Positions 1-15,049 of a DNA stretch of 64,000 nt are shown here, piece by piece. Each line of letters begins with the position of its first letter. Within the stretch, counting starts at the first letter, position 1. A program made the translations under genes and the position numbers. This DNA is from Laetmonice hystrix (taxonomy: Eukaryota), in contig OZ249436.1 of assembly GCA_965235115.1 (NCBI GenBank), forward strand, positions 55,676,001-55,740,000, read 5' to 3'. The notes under the pieces are model-generated. The model was not told where the DNA came from. It saw only the letters and a program-made list of their open reading frames with translations, and did not search any database.

Positions 1-1963
1 GTGTTCATTGGCTATTAAAGATTGGTTATGCCTATACCAGTATCTCGTTTCCAAGCGTTAGGTCAGAGTGCTGACATCTGGTGGCAACAGCCCACAGATG
101 TCTTTGCTGCGGATGTGTCCAATCTGTATATACCTGCAGATAGGAGGACTGGTGATCGAGTCTAAAATATATAGGAGAAATGAAATGGAAGGCTTCTAGT
201 CATTTTATATTTAAAAAGGGCAAATAAAATGCTTCAAGAGGCCTCCTGTTCGAATTCGCCCCGCTATAAGGCTTTGAAAAAATGTGCCCGCCAATGCCCC
301 GCTTTCCCCTACTTTCTAAAGCAAAGTAGTAAATCCAAATATGGAAAGATTGTCTCATTCAAATAAAGGTTTGCATTTCTTGAAAGAGTTATGTTTACAT
401 CTGATTTCTAGCCCATGGCCCACACCTCCCTGCGGAGGAGTTGGCCGTAAATTCCTTCTGTAGGCCCTACTGCTTATGGTTGTGCAGGAACTTTTTAAAA
501 TTGGTTCATTTTATAACCAACATGATTACCTTTAATTTGCACCTCATCATTTTAGTTTCATCCCTAAGGCCGTAGGCAATTAGGGTCAAATTCAAAAAAA
601 GCGGCTCACTCCTCCCCACTCTCCCCCATGTCCGACCAACGAGTCTATACTCGTTGGTCCGACATACCATTGTGGTAGTTATAAAAGCTGGTCCCCATGG
701 TCCCCATGGGTTGATCTGGATAAGCTAGGTGATTTTTGTTTTCTGCTCACCTGCTCGCCAATTTAAAGACATGACTTTAACGCAGACCCATTACTCGGAA
801 TCACTGTGACCAAACGCAGTAGCGAATCCAAAAATGAGACCAGTTCCAAATTTATTTGCAAGGGGGCCTTCAGACACTCCATATGGCAGAGAACTTTTTT
901 TCGGCTTCGGCGATACGAACAAATATTTTACACAGAGCTAACCTGGCCCTCCTGAATTTGTACCTGTGGGACAAGACTATATATCTGTCCAACAGAATGT
1001 CCGCTTTGAACCTCGGCGTGGGGTATGTCGCGCCTCTAATAAGAATAATATTCAGATTAGATCTAAATGTGGATTTCTATTGCAAGCCTTTAAGCTTGAA
1101 GGTTTTAATATTTATCTCACTGTCAATATAATGAAGACAACAAGGGTATAACTGAACAGGCCAAAATGTCAGGGTATCAATTGCTGAATGATGAATATAC
1201 TGGCAATGATGGTAGCTGTAATTTCCGCTTTCCTTCAATATTTCTGTCTTGTTCGATTGGTACATATATTGAGTATACTTCACAATGAACAAAGATATTC
1301 TTGTGAAGGTCATTACTTAGGCGACTTCCACTTGAATTTCAAACAAAAACGCTACATGTATAACAAAAGCTGCATGCCTTAGAGCAGAACGATGAATAAT
1401 TATGCAATAGCATCTGCATGCACGATTTATGTCACTCATTAACATACATTACAGGCCACAGATTGATACCACCATTAAAATATGTAATTGACAGATAAGG
1501 CAGCCAATGAACGGACTCAATATAATCATTATTATAACTTAATGAAATCTTAGAAAGAATCATTGAGGCCATAACATGATTGAATAACTTGTAAGTAATG
1601 TATTCTTGTCGCGACCCGAGATGCATGCCTACAGAGCAACGTCCACTCGATAACACAGTTAGTGAACTCAATCACACAATAGGCTATAGCGCCGCTAAAA
1701 GTCACGTTATGTCACGGATAAATATTACACGATTCAAACATTCAAGCTCTAGCCCATCGGCACATTTTGTGACCTTTTTGTGGCACATTTTGCCTCAAGT
1801 GTCTTAGAGTGACTACAACATGGCGTTTTTATGTGTTTCTTTATGAAGCATGAAACAGCTTTGGTAGAAGTGCTAGCTCGTATAGGCCCCCTATGCGTTT
1901 TTGAGACATGAGCTTCTTTTGGTCGGGAATGTACGAAGGACCCTTAGTGCCACACGGTTGATA

Positions 1964-2444
1964 CCTTTTCTGGTTGTCGCCCCATAAATTATGTGGCGGT
2001 AGCCAGAAAAAGGAAATAACCCAATTAGGCCTATAAGGCGGCAGCCAGAAAAACTATCTGGCGGCTGCCACATAATTATTTATCTGACGGCCGCCACTTG
2101 ATATTCCGTGTGTGTAGGAAGGTGTCATAAAGGAAGGTAGGCGTACGCATGGAATGCAACTGGAGAACTGGACCGCAGGTTTGCATGTTAACAGCTTCAT
2201 CTGTTCATTTAGTCTGAGCTTAAATTTGCCACATGATTTAGAGCGTAGGCCTAGGCCTATCCTTTGACACATCACCCACCTATAGTTCAATATAAACTTA
2301 GTGTCTACGGTGTTCTTATGCATTGTTTATTGCGGGATGGCTGCCAGATAAATTAGGTAGGCCTAAGTGGCGGCCGCCAGATATTTGGTTTTTTTTCTTT
2401 TTCTGGCTGCCGCCATATAAATTATGTGGCGGCAGCTAGAAAGG
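1964..2444. repeat. Cluster of self-complementary repeats (MITE/foldback-like relic)
   Basis: A self-complementary unit of about 50 bp (ccttttctgg..gcc..ataaattatgtggcgg(t/c)agc..aga aagg) occurs at 1964-2013 and again at 2396-2444. More tggcggc(t/c)gcc copies in both orientations lie between them. Confidence 0.5.
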
Positions 2445-4439
2445 CACATTGTAACCGAAGGTTCAACGAGTTTTATGCAGGACAAAACGTATAGGCCTAC
2501 TGTCACAAACAATCTCGTCATGGCAACAACAACTTTCTGGGTCATGTGGTGAATAATTATGTCACGCCAAAGCCCGTCATGCATCACGCAGCAAACCAGT
2601 TGACGACTGTGACGTTGTCCTTGAATCAAGACACGCTAGGTAACTGAACATTTCAGTGGGCCCTACGTCGCCACTCACATTTAACTGTTCAACACATTTT
2701 TAACCCTTTAACACATATTTTTGAACGATAATGTTCCTATTTTTAGATTTGAGAACATAGACATTCTAAACCTTTAATTAATGTTGAACCCGTGCAGTGT
2801 GGGCTCACTGTCCAACTTACGTTTAATGATTATAATAATAATAAAAACATTATTGTTTTGCCTCCGATTTTTCCTGTATAGAAGATAGATCTATTATTAA
2901 CCGTGTGGCAATAATGGGAGGATTTGCTTTGATTTTTGTGAACGTAGCGATCTCAAGAGCATTAAGAGAACAGGCGTGTCACGTTTACATGGATAAACCT
3001 AACATTTTTAATGATTTTTTTTCGATAATAAAAAGGTATCAAAGTGTTTAAAGTTCTATGAGAGTTATTATGTAGACTCTATTATTTAGGCCTAAAGTAA
3101 CAATAACATATTATATTCGGTTTTATGAAATGGCAGATCAATTTCTTTGTTGCCCAAAGATGTTTTAATACTTTACTTCTTATTTGTACATCACTGTTAT
3201 TTGGCTAATTGTGCACAATGACCAAATTTTGACGGGTTTATTTTTTTTCTGGGAACAGTTTGGCGAAGGGGGGGGGGGTTAAGCCACTGATATCCTTCTA
3301 TTATATTATAACAATTCACCCGTCAAGCTTCAAATTCCGTTCTGATACCCCCTTGACAATCTTCTAGATTCGCACGCAGCTGGTCAGAAAGCATCCGATT
3401 GAAAGGTCATTTGTTGACCCGCTAAGGTCGCTGGCTCGTACGTGATGTGAAATCATTGACAACTGTCAAATTCATGCTAACCCTCCGGGTTCGTATAGGT
3501 AAATGTAGTGTGCATTGCCAACAGTGACATTCACTGCTTAAGTTATTATGACCGAAAATATCATGTATAGAATTGTGGATAATTATGTCGTCTTTAAGGC
3601 AACTAGGTTTTGTCATTCGTTAAACAGCAGGCACAATATACCTGCTCTTGTCACAATTAGACGGTTTACTTACACGCAGACTTTGTATTACTTTCGAACA
3701 ACTGTTGATTAATTAAAGAAATTCCTGGTGGTGTAGGCCTATAACGATTTTGTAAGGTACTGTCCCAGCCTGAAAATCGAGTAGGAACTATACAAATATA
3801 AAATGGGTTCTTCATCCTCTGCGTGTTTCTCAATTGAGGATAAAAATGAAAAACTAATTGCCGGCTCATCCCTTTGCAAATTCTGAGCCCCCCCCCCCCC
3901 CCCTCCAAGATCGAGTTCATATATGTAGCCAAGCGGTTCATCACCAAACTTTTCTGTAAACTTAAAGATGCCTCTCCCTGTATAAGTGTATTCCGATCAA
4001 CCGAAGATGGCGTACATACATTTGTATATACTTTATTGCACCAATCTCATTATTCAAGCATTTCAGCGGGCATCTTCACGCCATATGAAAGCCCGAGGTC
4101 CTGCTGCCGACGCATATATGAATTCGGTCAATAGCATTTTCATAGTTGACTGTATAATAATATATTATATTTCGATTGGTCGCATTTATTATACAACTGT
4201 GACCTGCATTATGTCAGCGATCGTATATGGTAGATAACTGATCATAAAAATAAAGCTTTAACAGAACATTACATTGACCTTCTTCTAATGAAACGTATGT
4301 ATACATGTATGTACATGTATGAGTAAGCAAACGTTTTCTCTACATTGCTTTTATTGATTCGTTTAAAGCCCTCTGTGTGTGCGCGTGTTTTTTCTTTGTT
4401 GTTTATTTTTTTGGGTGGTGCATGGTGGTGGTTTTGCTT

Positions 4440-5113
4440 TGGGTTAGTGGAGGATGCCTATATGCAGTTGGGTACAATGGATTTCCAACAAAACTGGTCT
4501 TGGCGTTCTGCATACCTTTGGACAATTACATCAACAAGTTTCACGACGTTTTCACTTTAAGAATGAAACTGTTTCTCCGTTTGCCTCAAAGAGAACTCTT
4601 AAAAATTTGAGATTCTAATTATGGTCGATCTAATTACTGCACGACGAAATGTGCCCCGCTCATGTCAACACTCTTTTCGTGGCTTCATTCCCAATCTTAA
4701 AAAGGTTTTTATTTCAAGAGGTACTTCAAGGTATTTCAAGAGTACACAGAGGTATTTTTCTACGTTTCTTTTATTGATACATTTTACTGTCAGGTGTGTT
4801 GGGGGGTCTGTGTGTGTTGGTGTGGGGGTGGGGGGTTGTATGTTGCTTTTGTTAGGTTAGTTCTGGGTTTTTTTTGGTTATTCGAGGATATCTACAATGT
4901 TGGTACAATGGGTCTCCAGTTCAGCTCGTAATCTTTATGCATATAGCCTACATATACCTTCGGCCAATCACATCGAAAAGCTTCAGGGCGTTTTCACTTT
5001 CAAAATAAAGCGTTGGTACAGAGGTGGTACTATGGCGAAACCATACGTGTTCCTGGGATTTTCCCGCTCGTGTCAGTGCTCTTTTTGTGGCTTCATACCA
5101 AATTTTATAAAGG
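4440..5113 (+). repeat. Old, diverged local tandem duplication (about 4440-4705 and 4870-5113)
   Basis: Collinear anchors in both copies: gaggat..ttgg(g)tacaatgg, cgttttcacttt, ccgctc(a/g)tgtca and gtggcttcat. Confidence 0.55.
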
Positions 5114-5337
5114 GTGAGTTTTCAAGTTTTCATTTTTGCGTGAAAACAGATACTAATTTCATAACTGTGATTGCCATCCAGCGCATGGAGCGAGGCTATA
5201 TCCGCTGGTAAAACAATACAACGTGGACTGATTTAACGTCAGAAGGTGTAGAAATGTCCTGGCTTCAAGCTTCAATCTGTAATAAAATATCAATGCTGGA
5301 TGGTGGGACATCTCAATGTAAAACAAGGAAAGACGAA

Positions 5338-5565
5338 ATGATAGCATGTGTAAGCTTTGCCTTATCTGCAGTATTGACACCATATCCCTGTATCATGATA
5401 GCATGTGTGAGCTTTGCCTTATCTGCAGTATTGACACCATATCCCTGTATCATGATAGCATGTGTGAGCTTTGCCTTATCTGCAGTATTGACACCATATC
5501 CCTGTATCATGATAGCATGTGTGAGCTTTGCCTTATCTGCAGTATTGACACCATATCCCTGTATC
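5338..5565. repeat. 57-bp minisatellite, 4 copies
   Basis: Unit atgatagcatgtgtgagctttgccttatctgcagtattgacaccatatccctgtatc starts at 5338, 5395, 5452 and 5509. There is one substitution, in copy 1. Confidence 0.97.
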
Positions 5566-7093
5566 CAAAATGAAATGTTGTATAATTATTTCTAGCTGCT
5601 ATAGACGGTTTCATACACATGCCGTGTTTTGAGTTGGCAGACCCATGTTCGGTAAGGACCGTAGATACCCAGGGAGCTGGGTGTCTGACCGTCTATGATC
5701 CCGTCTGTGAATATTTCCTATAGGTCCTAAATCTTCTGTATAGATAGTGGGGGGGGGGGGGGCTATATGTAATCATCGCCCCTAATATAAATGTTATATT
5801 CATTTTTCGAAAATAATAAATTATTTTCAACAAAACTTGGGTTTCTTTTTCAATGAATGCTTTATTTTTCAGAGAGAAACTATAGATAATCTTACTCTAT
5901 GACGTCATTTTTCTGTATAGATTTAGCCAATATACCCACCCACCCCCTACACTGGCAACAAATCTACGTCGCTGTCTAAAAGCACACTACATCCTTGGTG
6001 CATAGGCCTACTCGGCTCAACAAAGACATGAGATATAGTAACTGTCTCCCGAGGAACACTTCAGTTATATGAAAATAATGCATGCTTCATTTAATCATAT
6101 ATCTTATCATATGTATCAGTATGTTTCATCTAGTAGATCCCTTTCTCATCTGTGCGTTTTCTGTTATTATGCGGGCTGCAGTATATTAAAAATCATTTCT
6201 TACAATCTGTAAATGATGCAAATAATCCAGCCAAATTTGAAAATATTACTTTAACCATGCCCGTATTCGATTTTTTTTTAGAAACCTGCGCCCAATTGTT
6301 TTTTTTTTATTATTTTCTTTTAAGAAATCTCGAGTTCAACAGAAACAAATTGTTTGGGAACGTCATGTCAAAGGAGAAAAAGAACGTACAGTATCTCCAA
6401 ACCAAATGTTATATTTGCCTCAGTAAAATAATGTTGGATCTATATTGATCTGTAAGAATTCCTCTGATTTTTTTCAAAATCGTCATTCTTAAATACATTT
6501 GTATAATTATTCCTTCACTTTGGATATTTCCTTGCGAAATTTACGTACAAAATCGGATATTTTCCATTGATTTTAAAAACTCTCTTTTCCCCAGATTGTT
6601 TTAATCGAAGGAAAACGATGATATTTGTACCCATAAGAAGAATATCATCTATGATATGTTGGCCAACAACCAGATGGTCATGTACTTGTATACGAAAAAA
6701 TATTTTTCCATTCTTGCTACACATTATATTGGGGTGTTTTATCTTCCTTTCAAACGATTCAGCCAACCTTCTTGAAAATCCATGCACCATTAACAGCTTT
6801 ACGTTATTACGTTATAATAGCTTTACGTTATTATTGAAATAACATTGTGCTGATTTTTTTTAGTAATACAACACTCTCTGGGTTACGTATTGACCTATTG
6901 CTCTTATTTCAATCGGCTTTTCGTGGAAGTAGGCCTATTTCTGGGTCAGTTTGTCGGGAATTACATTACATATACTTAGAAAAATGCAATTGTCACTCGT
7001 GAACAGTAACTAGGCCGGCTATATCAATATCTTTTCCCTTTCCTATTCCCCGTATAAAGTTAGGCCACGAATATGATGCAACAGCTGTAGAGA

Positions 7094-7366
7094 CCAAAGG
7101 CGGATCCAGAGGGGGCACAGGGGGCACGTCCCCCCCTTTAGCTTCACTCATTATAGATTCTAGGCATATACACGCTATAGCCTACTCATTTTTAAATAAT
7201 TTTAACACTGACGGTGTATCTCAGGGAAACCCCGAGCTATATTATGTAGGCCTATACCTCTAAAACTCTCATTCAAGAGCTTTAATTAGAAATGCAAACA
7301 ATCATGAATTACTTTTCTGTGCCCCCCCCCCCCCCCCCTTTAGTGAAATCCTGGATCCGCCAGTGG
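7094..7366. mobile_element. MITE (GGCGGATCCAG-type TIR), possible 3-bp TSD AGA
   Basis: ggcggatccag (7099-7109) and ctggatccgcc (7351-7361) are perfect inverted repeats. Imperfect extension gives cca..(7094) and ..tgg(7366), each flanked by aga. Confidence 0.7.
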
Positions 7367-7892
7367 AGACTAACACTAATCATTGACACTTCGTTATACG
7401 GTTATACCGAGAACTGCACGGATCCAAAGACCTCGAGAATCCTGATGCCAAAAATGATTTCCAATACCAACAGTGATTTTATAGCATCCCAACTCTGCAT
7501 CCAGGAACAGTTGGATGCGATGCAGACTGCCCACGTATTGGGGCGTTGACTTCCTGTTTTGTGTTTTCCCACCCAGCCGCTAGGCGCTACTAATACTATC
7601 GATGCAAGCCTCGATCGCCGACTGATGAACGTGCTGTGCCGGACCACAACTAGAGCTGCCGAATTTTTAACTGAGGCGCATTCGTCTCTGACTTGCCAAC
7701 TGTGTCGGACTCCCAGCTGGGTGGTTAAGTTTGGCTACGTGCCAACAAAAGACGCCGTGTGCGTGCGTGGTGAACCTACGCAGATTGTCGCCTGGCAAAT
7801 AATCGCCAGACGGTTGGGGCAGGCGGCTGTCTCCGCTGGCGGCTGGGCGATCGACGGGCGGCGGCGGCGACGGTCGACACCGGACGTTGGTT

Positions 7893-7975
7893 TATAAAGG
7901 ACGCTCGACCCAAAACGTGCTCTCTAGCTGTTATACGTTGCCACTCTCCCTTCCTCGCTTGTCATTATACGTCCG
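7893..7975 (+). promoter_or_regulatory. Putative TATA promoter and non-coding exon 1 of gene 1
   Basis: TATAAAG at 7893-7899 ends a CpG-rich stretch (about 7560-7900). A strong donor CCG|GTGAGG follows at 7975/7976. The link to gene 1 is inferred. Confidence 0.5.
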
Positions 7976-10212
7976 GTGAGGATTCTTTGTTTTAATGTTA
8001 CACACCTCTGCATGCATACTCGCCTGTTGTCTATGTAGGCCTATATGTCAGAATGTGTGAGTATAATTATGAGATGGGGAGGAGGATGGTGAACGTAGCC
8101 TTCTAGCTTATATGGCAATATTTAGTATAACGTGCGTTATAGCGGTCTGTCATGATGGAAGCCGGTCTCGTGATGCTGGACAGTGCTAAAACACGTACAG
8201 AATGGCGACAGAGGACGGGACCTGTAGGCCTAAGTAGTGTCCGATACATAGCTCCGTTATTATAACTCTGGGGTCTCGATCCCTCCGGCCATTGAGTTGG
8301 GCCAGTGGACTTTGTATGCTAATGTAGCCGCGCGGGCGTGTGTTTCCATGCGCATGATGTCTGATAGGTGTTACAGTATTATAGGCCTACGTGTTGCTTG
8401 GTGTCATCGCGAGTCGTGCATGTCCTCATGCGGCTTGAGATCGAGTTAGGAACGTCAATAATTAGTTTCGTACTCTCATTGTGCTTGCAACTCAAGATTA
8501 GCAGCCGATTAGGCACCCTTGAGATACGCATGCGTAGTCTGAAGACGATTATGACGCAGTTTTTATCTGATCTGCTGGGTCCGATTCTCTGTAGAGAATT
8601 TAGGCGTAACGTTAATGTGACACAGTAGGCCTAAGGGGCCCCTAGTAGGCCTAGCGTACAATTTAAAATTAAAATTTTGAAATTAAAATATCCATTTGAA
8701 ACGATTAGATAGGCCTACTCAGAAACGAACTGGCTTGGCCGAACGTAAGAACGAATTTGACAAGTAATGTACGAATCAGATGTTTTTGCAACTTTTGATA
8801 CGACCCCCTTCAGCTCATGCCCCAGTCGGTTTATGATGAAAGCAAATACGGAATAGCAAGTGGGGTCCGTCTCAAAGATTGCGATCAGTGAATGTCGTGT
8901 TTTACAGCAAAGAAATATCCTTAAGCAGTATTGACTGCTGTTGAGATATATGATCATATTCTGTCGCTTGGGTCTAAGGTGGGTCTAAGGTAAGTTTCTA
9001 TAATGGCATGCTACTTATTTAACTGGCAATTGCGATCTCCAAGCTCACACTCAGACAGTGCCACAAACCATGGTTCGCGCGCTTGATTATGACGTCACCA
9101 GCTCTGTGCAGCGACGCCACTATCGTGAAATGGGAACGAGGCGTTATTTGGATTTGTTCAACTCTAGGCCTGGTGGTTGGTCTGAGGCATAAGGAGTAAA
9201 CGGGCACGCATTCAGGTGCCCTTGATGGGGGCGGGGGTAGGAAGACGGGGGTGTAAGGGGGAGGGGGCGCTTAAACGTTGAAAGTCAACGCAAAGCATTC
9301 TAAAGTGTCATGTGACCTATGAGTCAGTGGCATTATCTGTTCAAATGCCGGGAGGCTGAACTTGAGGATAGATAAAAGCGGATATTCGACCCCTTTTCCA
9401 GGGTACGGCTTCCGGTGGGGATTAGACCATGACTCAGAGCACCCCTTCCCCCGCCTTCTCAGCATCACATCCAGGCGAACACAAGGGCCGGTGAAACGTG
9501 TGCTGTCGTCATCACATCACCCCTGGCTGGGTCGTGCTGCCGGAGCGTTGTTGCGGCCTACATTATCGTGTCTGACAACCCCCCTCTCCCCCACATAGGC
9601 CTATCATCATTTTTGGCAATACTTGTCTGATGGTAATGGGTATGCCTGCAGCCTACGGCGTCGACCTAAAGTAAATACCCCTGTAGGGTAGGTGTTCGGC
9701 AGCAGTGTGACCCGCATGGCCGGCCGCCGTGTGTCATTACCAAGACCGGGGTCTGTGACGGAGGTAAGTGGGCGATAGCAGACGGCGGTGTGTGTACATG
9801 TCTGGGTAGGTCTAAACCAAGGAACATAAACTGTCCGCATCTATTGTGCCATTATACTCTGTGCTGGGGATGGAGATTTTAGCTGTGCAAATAGGATCTG
9901 TGCGAACGAAATTAACTTTGCTGTTAGCCCATTCCTGTCTCATGCGCAGGGAAATGAGTCGATACGCCCCGTTGGCCAAGAGGAAAACATAGAGGTCTAT
10001 ATCTCAAGTGTTATACCTTATTGCCTGTTGACAATGACAGTGTTGTCAGAATGGCGAAAGACCATCAAATTACGCCACAAAACTCGTTCATCTGCATGGC
10101 ACGAAAGGTGGGGCCTCGCATGACCGTTCGATGGCCTCTACTTTTGTTATTTAAATTAGTTTCCAATAATGAATGAATAGCACTGCCTACAGTGTTTCTT
10201 TGTCTGCGACAG

Positions 10213-10365
10213 GCACACTCGGTCGATTCGGCAGTCTGCGACCGACCCCCGTGCTGGCTTCAGGGTCGGTTGCGAGGACACGCGCCCACAGCCCTGCTCA
10301 TCCTATCTGCTCACGTATCCGACTTGTATGACGACAGCACTGTAAGCGTGTACACGCCGCCCAAG
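10213..10365 (+). other. Putative non-coding (5'UTR) exon 2 of gene 1
   Basis: Acceptor tttctttgtctgcgacag| before 10213 and donor AAG|GTAAGA after 10365, with GC-richer sequence than the flanks. When spliced to 16266, the frame continuous with the main ORF contains a TAA, so the exon would be non-coding. Confidence 0.5.
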
Positions 10366-13300
10366 GTAAGATTTGCTGAGTTTACCTTCTTATGATACGT
10401 TATCAGTCAGGCAATGTGGACGATATGGATTTATATCTGGGTGTACATCCCGAACAGTTACCCGAGGGGGGAGGTTGTTCCGGTTGACAGGACACCCAAC
10501 TCAAGTAATACATCGACGTTGCCTTACACCAGCGAAGGAGCCACCAGTGGAGGTTTTGATATACACCAACCGGTGACCTACATTCGCCTGCATGGCTATA
10601 AATATTTGGCACAACTCTCGTTTCCTGGCCTTGCTAGCAGTGGCTAACGTGCACTTTGGATAACTGAATCTCGGACCGAAAGTACAGGCCATAAGCTCTT
10701 AAAAGAAGCGTAGGGTTACTGCGATTTTAGAAATGTCAGCTCATGCTTTCATAGTGACAGTCATTTTCATAACATACTGTCATTTCGTAACATAGGGCTG
10801 CTCGATAAGTAAAGGAGTAGGCAAAGGGCAAAGTCTTTCCAATGGAATTCGGAGGGGTCGTCTCAAGAAGAGTCGCGGCCTGATCTGCCGGGCCAAACAA
10901 TGTAGGCCTACTCTTTTGGATGTTTATTGACATCTTATATTTGAGCCCTATATTGCCTAATTTGTGACTTGCATTGTAATTTAGGCCCTAACATGGTCAC
11001 TAACAAAACTTACCCATGTGTAGATCGCCTTATTTCTGTGATTTCAGCAAGAAGATTTAGTCCTGTAATATTGAACGTTTCACATCATATCATCTGGTAT
11101 ATAGGTCATACAATTCTTTAATTATTGATGTTCAAAAATCTGTCCTAAATATTTGTTATTTTATCACGGTGGCACAGTGTACCCCGAGTGCTCCACTTCA
11201 ACTAATTACACACCCCAACCCATGGACAACCAAACCCTGTAGGGATTCGCTAAAATGCCCCTTTTAAACTCTTCCATATATTAATGATATGAGTATCCCC
11301 CGGCCATTTATTCACTCATTATCAGCCTCCATCCTTATGGTAATCTAATTTGTGAAGATCATGTGACGTGTGAATTTGTTCTGTGGTATCATTTTGGGAA
11401 AATACCTAAAAAATAATTATCCACCCTATATTGTTCTATATTAGCCTAACATGATGATGTGGACTGAAGTGTCAATCCAACGTGACTTCATCCAGAATAA
11501 TTAACATTACCGGGGGAAAATCAGATTTTCTGATGATCTAATTGTAACCAGTGATGCTCTCCGGCATACACCTATTATACCTTTCACAAACATAATTATA
11601 GGAGGTGATTATTCTGTTCTTTGAGTCCTGAATTTTATTGATCGTAATCGCCTTCTGAGATCAATTCGTTGGTGGGGATGTTGGGCGTTGTATTTTCTGT
11701 AGACTGGTTGGTCTATTTCTGTTTACTTGTGAAAAGATGTGCTATTTTTTATTGGGTGACCTACATGTGTACACACATGTTTCGATTACTTTCATTGGTG
11801 ACAACGGTCGACCTGACTCACTGTGCAGTCGCAATTAAGTTTAATTATAAGTCGTAATTTACTTTATAGACTGTTTCTATGGCATATGTAATCTCATCCT
11901 GTCCGAAAGCAGCGGTAATTAAGAGCCCATATGGTCCAGAAGCAGATGGATTGTAGATAAATGCATGTGAAAAGATCATTGCCTCGAAGAAATCTAAATT
12001 AAGTATATCAATTCCAACAAGTGCTTTTGTGGTTTTCAACTCAGGAAAAGAACACAATGGCAATACAATGACTGGCCAAGTTATATTTTATAGTCTCACA
12101 TTTGATAGTCTCACCCTGTATATGGCAGAACTACTGCTGACAGGGCGTAAAATCACCCAGTTTCTCACTCACATCTGGTATGTCAATCATAACTGCCCTT
12201 GGAAATTGATCTTCTTTTTCACATTATTATTTAGTTAAATGACGTATTGCTGATGATATGTTGCGCACAAGTGTTGCAACACATCATAAAAACCCGGTTC
12301 TGTGTAATGTCAGATAAACGGTAGATTAATTCAGTATGTCCAATCTTTGATCTCCACTTTATCTCATATCACAGACTTGTATGTAGATAACAGTTGTACA
12401 TTTCCTAAATAATACAGGATTTCTATTCCTTTTTTCTATAACAAAGAAATATACGGTTGTTTTATGTTAGCAAATTAGCCATTCTTTTCTATTCCCGTTT
12501 TCTTTTGGTAGAGCATCGCAGATGTCCTCTAAATCATCTAGTTTGTAAATCTATTGCCCTCTTTTATACCATAATATTCTCTATGTCCTCTATTTCTTCA
12601 ATGAGATGTTGCGCCGCATCTTTTTTACCTGTCCGTCTATCAGGTCTAACTCTAAGACCTTGGATTTTGTTCCCATATGCCAGAAAAACCCGCACTTTAT
12701 TAATTTTCATCTTTTTCTGGGGGAGGGGTCGAGGCTTCGCGCCTTCGGCGCTCGCATTTAAAATCTTAGAACTTGGGACCAATAAAATGGTATTGATTAT
12801 GTACCTTGTACTTTGGTAGAGAATGTTCTACATTATTGTAATTTAAGTAATTGTGCCTAGGATTGATGTGGTAATGTTTGCTACATAAGGCCAGACTTTT
12901 TTAATAATTCTGTTTACGCGCCCGCCGACCATAGATTTCCGAAATTTGAAAAAAAAATCAAGACCAGTTTTATTTATTTTGTCCCCGGCGACAGTGCCTG
13001 TTGCTGGGATATTTTTTTAATTTTAATATTCTGTTGCGAGGGATTTTTAATATCATGTTTAAATATGCTGAAATTGCTTGACTATAAAAGAGCTACATGC
13101 ATGGTCTGTGGGGCAATGTCACAAACAGAATTTGTGTAAATTCATATTAAACATATTTTTGCAAATCACTTTGTTTGTTTGTTCTATTTCAAGAAACTCT
13201 TCCCATTCATACATTTTTTTACCACCTACCGACCTTAAATTGTCAATGTAAATAAGACGTTGATAGTCAATTGCCCTTTTGTCCCTACCGACCTTGTTCT

Positions 13301-13709
13301 CCGTCCAAAAATGCGCGTAAACCGAAATATTAATTAAGTCTGGCCTAAAGCTTTCTATCTGAAGTTTCAAAATAAAATTATATTCTTATGGAGAAAAAAG
13401 CAGTTGTATTACGATGCGGCAAGAGGGGTCAAATTGTCCTCTATGTCCTCTAAATATTATATGTCTGTCCTCTAGTCCTCTAAATATTAGATGTCCGTCC
13501 TCTATGCGTTTATATGTCTTTTAAAGTTGTCACTTGGTGCTGGGAGGCCTGTATGCGTATTACCAAGCAGGTGGAACAACGTGAGGGTATGGTAATTTTC
13601 AGTACTTTCAGTATTTTCAGAAATAAGCATTCTATAAAAAGCTCTTGTTTGTTTTGTTGAGGGGGTTTTAAGGGTGTACATGATTTCAATAGCGGTATTG
13701 TGACTGACT

Positions 13710-14300
13710 AGTCATGTGGCCACGACCAGACTATAGAGTCTGCATCTCCAGAGATGTGGTAAGTATAAGACTCGAGGTCACCATGGCTTGTCCGTTGCAT
13801 CCAGATGTAGGGGCCGGATAAGATTACTTCTACTGGTATAGTCCTCCGCACCTTTAGTATGACCTGGTTGATTGTATCTTGAGTGGCAATATAACAAACG
13901 ATGTGGGCGTATACAAGCACGTTTTTTGGACTTGGCAAATTATGTGCACTTGCTTTATTTGTCGCCATCCTGGTACTTAGATATGCCATTAGTGGGCATC
14001 AATGTATAACAGTTACTGATATTAATGTGGGAAATGATCAATAGGTCCCTTGGCGTCACAGAAGAAGCCCCTTCGTTTCCGATGTAAGAGCTTTGGACGG
14101 TAAATAGAACACAGGATTACGGCATAGAGTTGGCTTGGGGCACGCCACCGGAAGCCTGTGTAATCAATCTGTGGATCAAAGGAGTATGGGATATCCCAAA
14201 GGGTAGTCATGCAGACGTCCCCAGTAAAAAAAACGGATTATGTTTCGATGAAATCTTTGATGATAGTCGCAGAGGTTGTACATAGATGGACCGCATTTCT
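13710..14300 (-). mobile_element. Possible highly decayed non-LTR (L2/CR1-type) reverse transcriptase fragment
   Basis: Minus-strand translation across a frameshift gives GVPQANSMP / ILCSIY, resembling the RT motif GVPQGSxLGPxLFSIY. Weaker matches lie either side (CY.. where YADD is expected, later IWMQR). Weak, by eye only. Confidence 0.35.
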
Positions 14301-15049
14301 TGATCGGTTGCATAGACAGGAAAATCCGTACTGTTATAAGCACCTCAACAAAAGTAAGTTCCCCTCTAAATAATTGGTCACATTTTCCAAAGTATCCACC
14401 ACAATGCGATGTTAATTGCAGGATATGATATGACCTCTATGGTGCCATGTGTGAAAAGCACAATCATGGCATCTTTCAGTATACTCTGCTGTAGTACATG
14501 ACCCACACTACCAGTGAAATTCACTGTTGAGGTCTTGGTGAACCATTTTGTTATTTTTGAAACGAGTCATTTTTCATGTAATTGAGGTTTATTCATGCGT
14601 AACAATAGGTATGGTCCTGTCCTTCTCACACATTGTCCCTATGACCATGCATGGTCACACACTGCAATTATTTAGGGGGAAACTTATACTTTTGTTCAGG
14701 TGTTTAGTTTGCGGCCTTTTGTTTTCCGTAGAGAGAAATACATATCGAAGGAATGTAAATTTTGGTATTGCTTAAGTGAAGTATAGACTGGAATACGTTT
14801 AAGTTTCAATAGTGCGTATAACTTGTCGTCCATCCAGTTCTTGTTATCCAGATGAACTTAAAAAACGACCTTCACTCGTCGCTAAAAGTGGGTGTATCTA
14901 CACACACTATACATAAATACTGCAACATGGGGAGACTGGAGAGACATCCACGTTCAGTTTGAAATAACATCTTAATTTTGTTGTTGTTGTCAGTTTTGAC
15001 TTTTATTCAGTACGTTCACCCCTGTTAACCAGCACACAGTTTGCGACTC

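Noticed and set aside
5254-5595. 113-aa ORF with MIACVSFALSAVLTPYPCI repeats, and overlapping ORFs in other frames
   Set aside because: This is the translation of a 57-bp (multiple of 3) minisatellite. It is open in several frames with no splice or homology support.
14990-15027. cagttttgacttttattcagTA or cacccctgt as the TIR of the neighbouring Tc1 remnant
   Set aside because: The orientation points leftward, away from the transposase remnant. The sequence belongs to the repeat also seen at 54598-54648.
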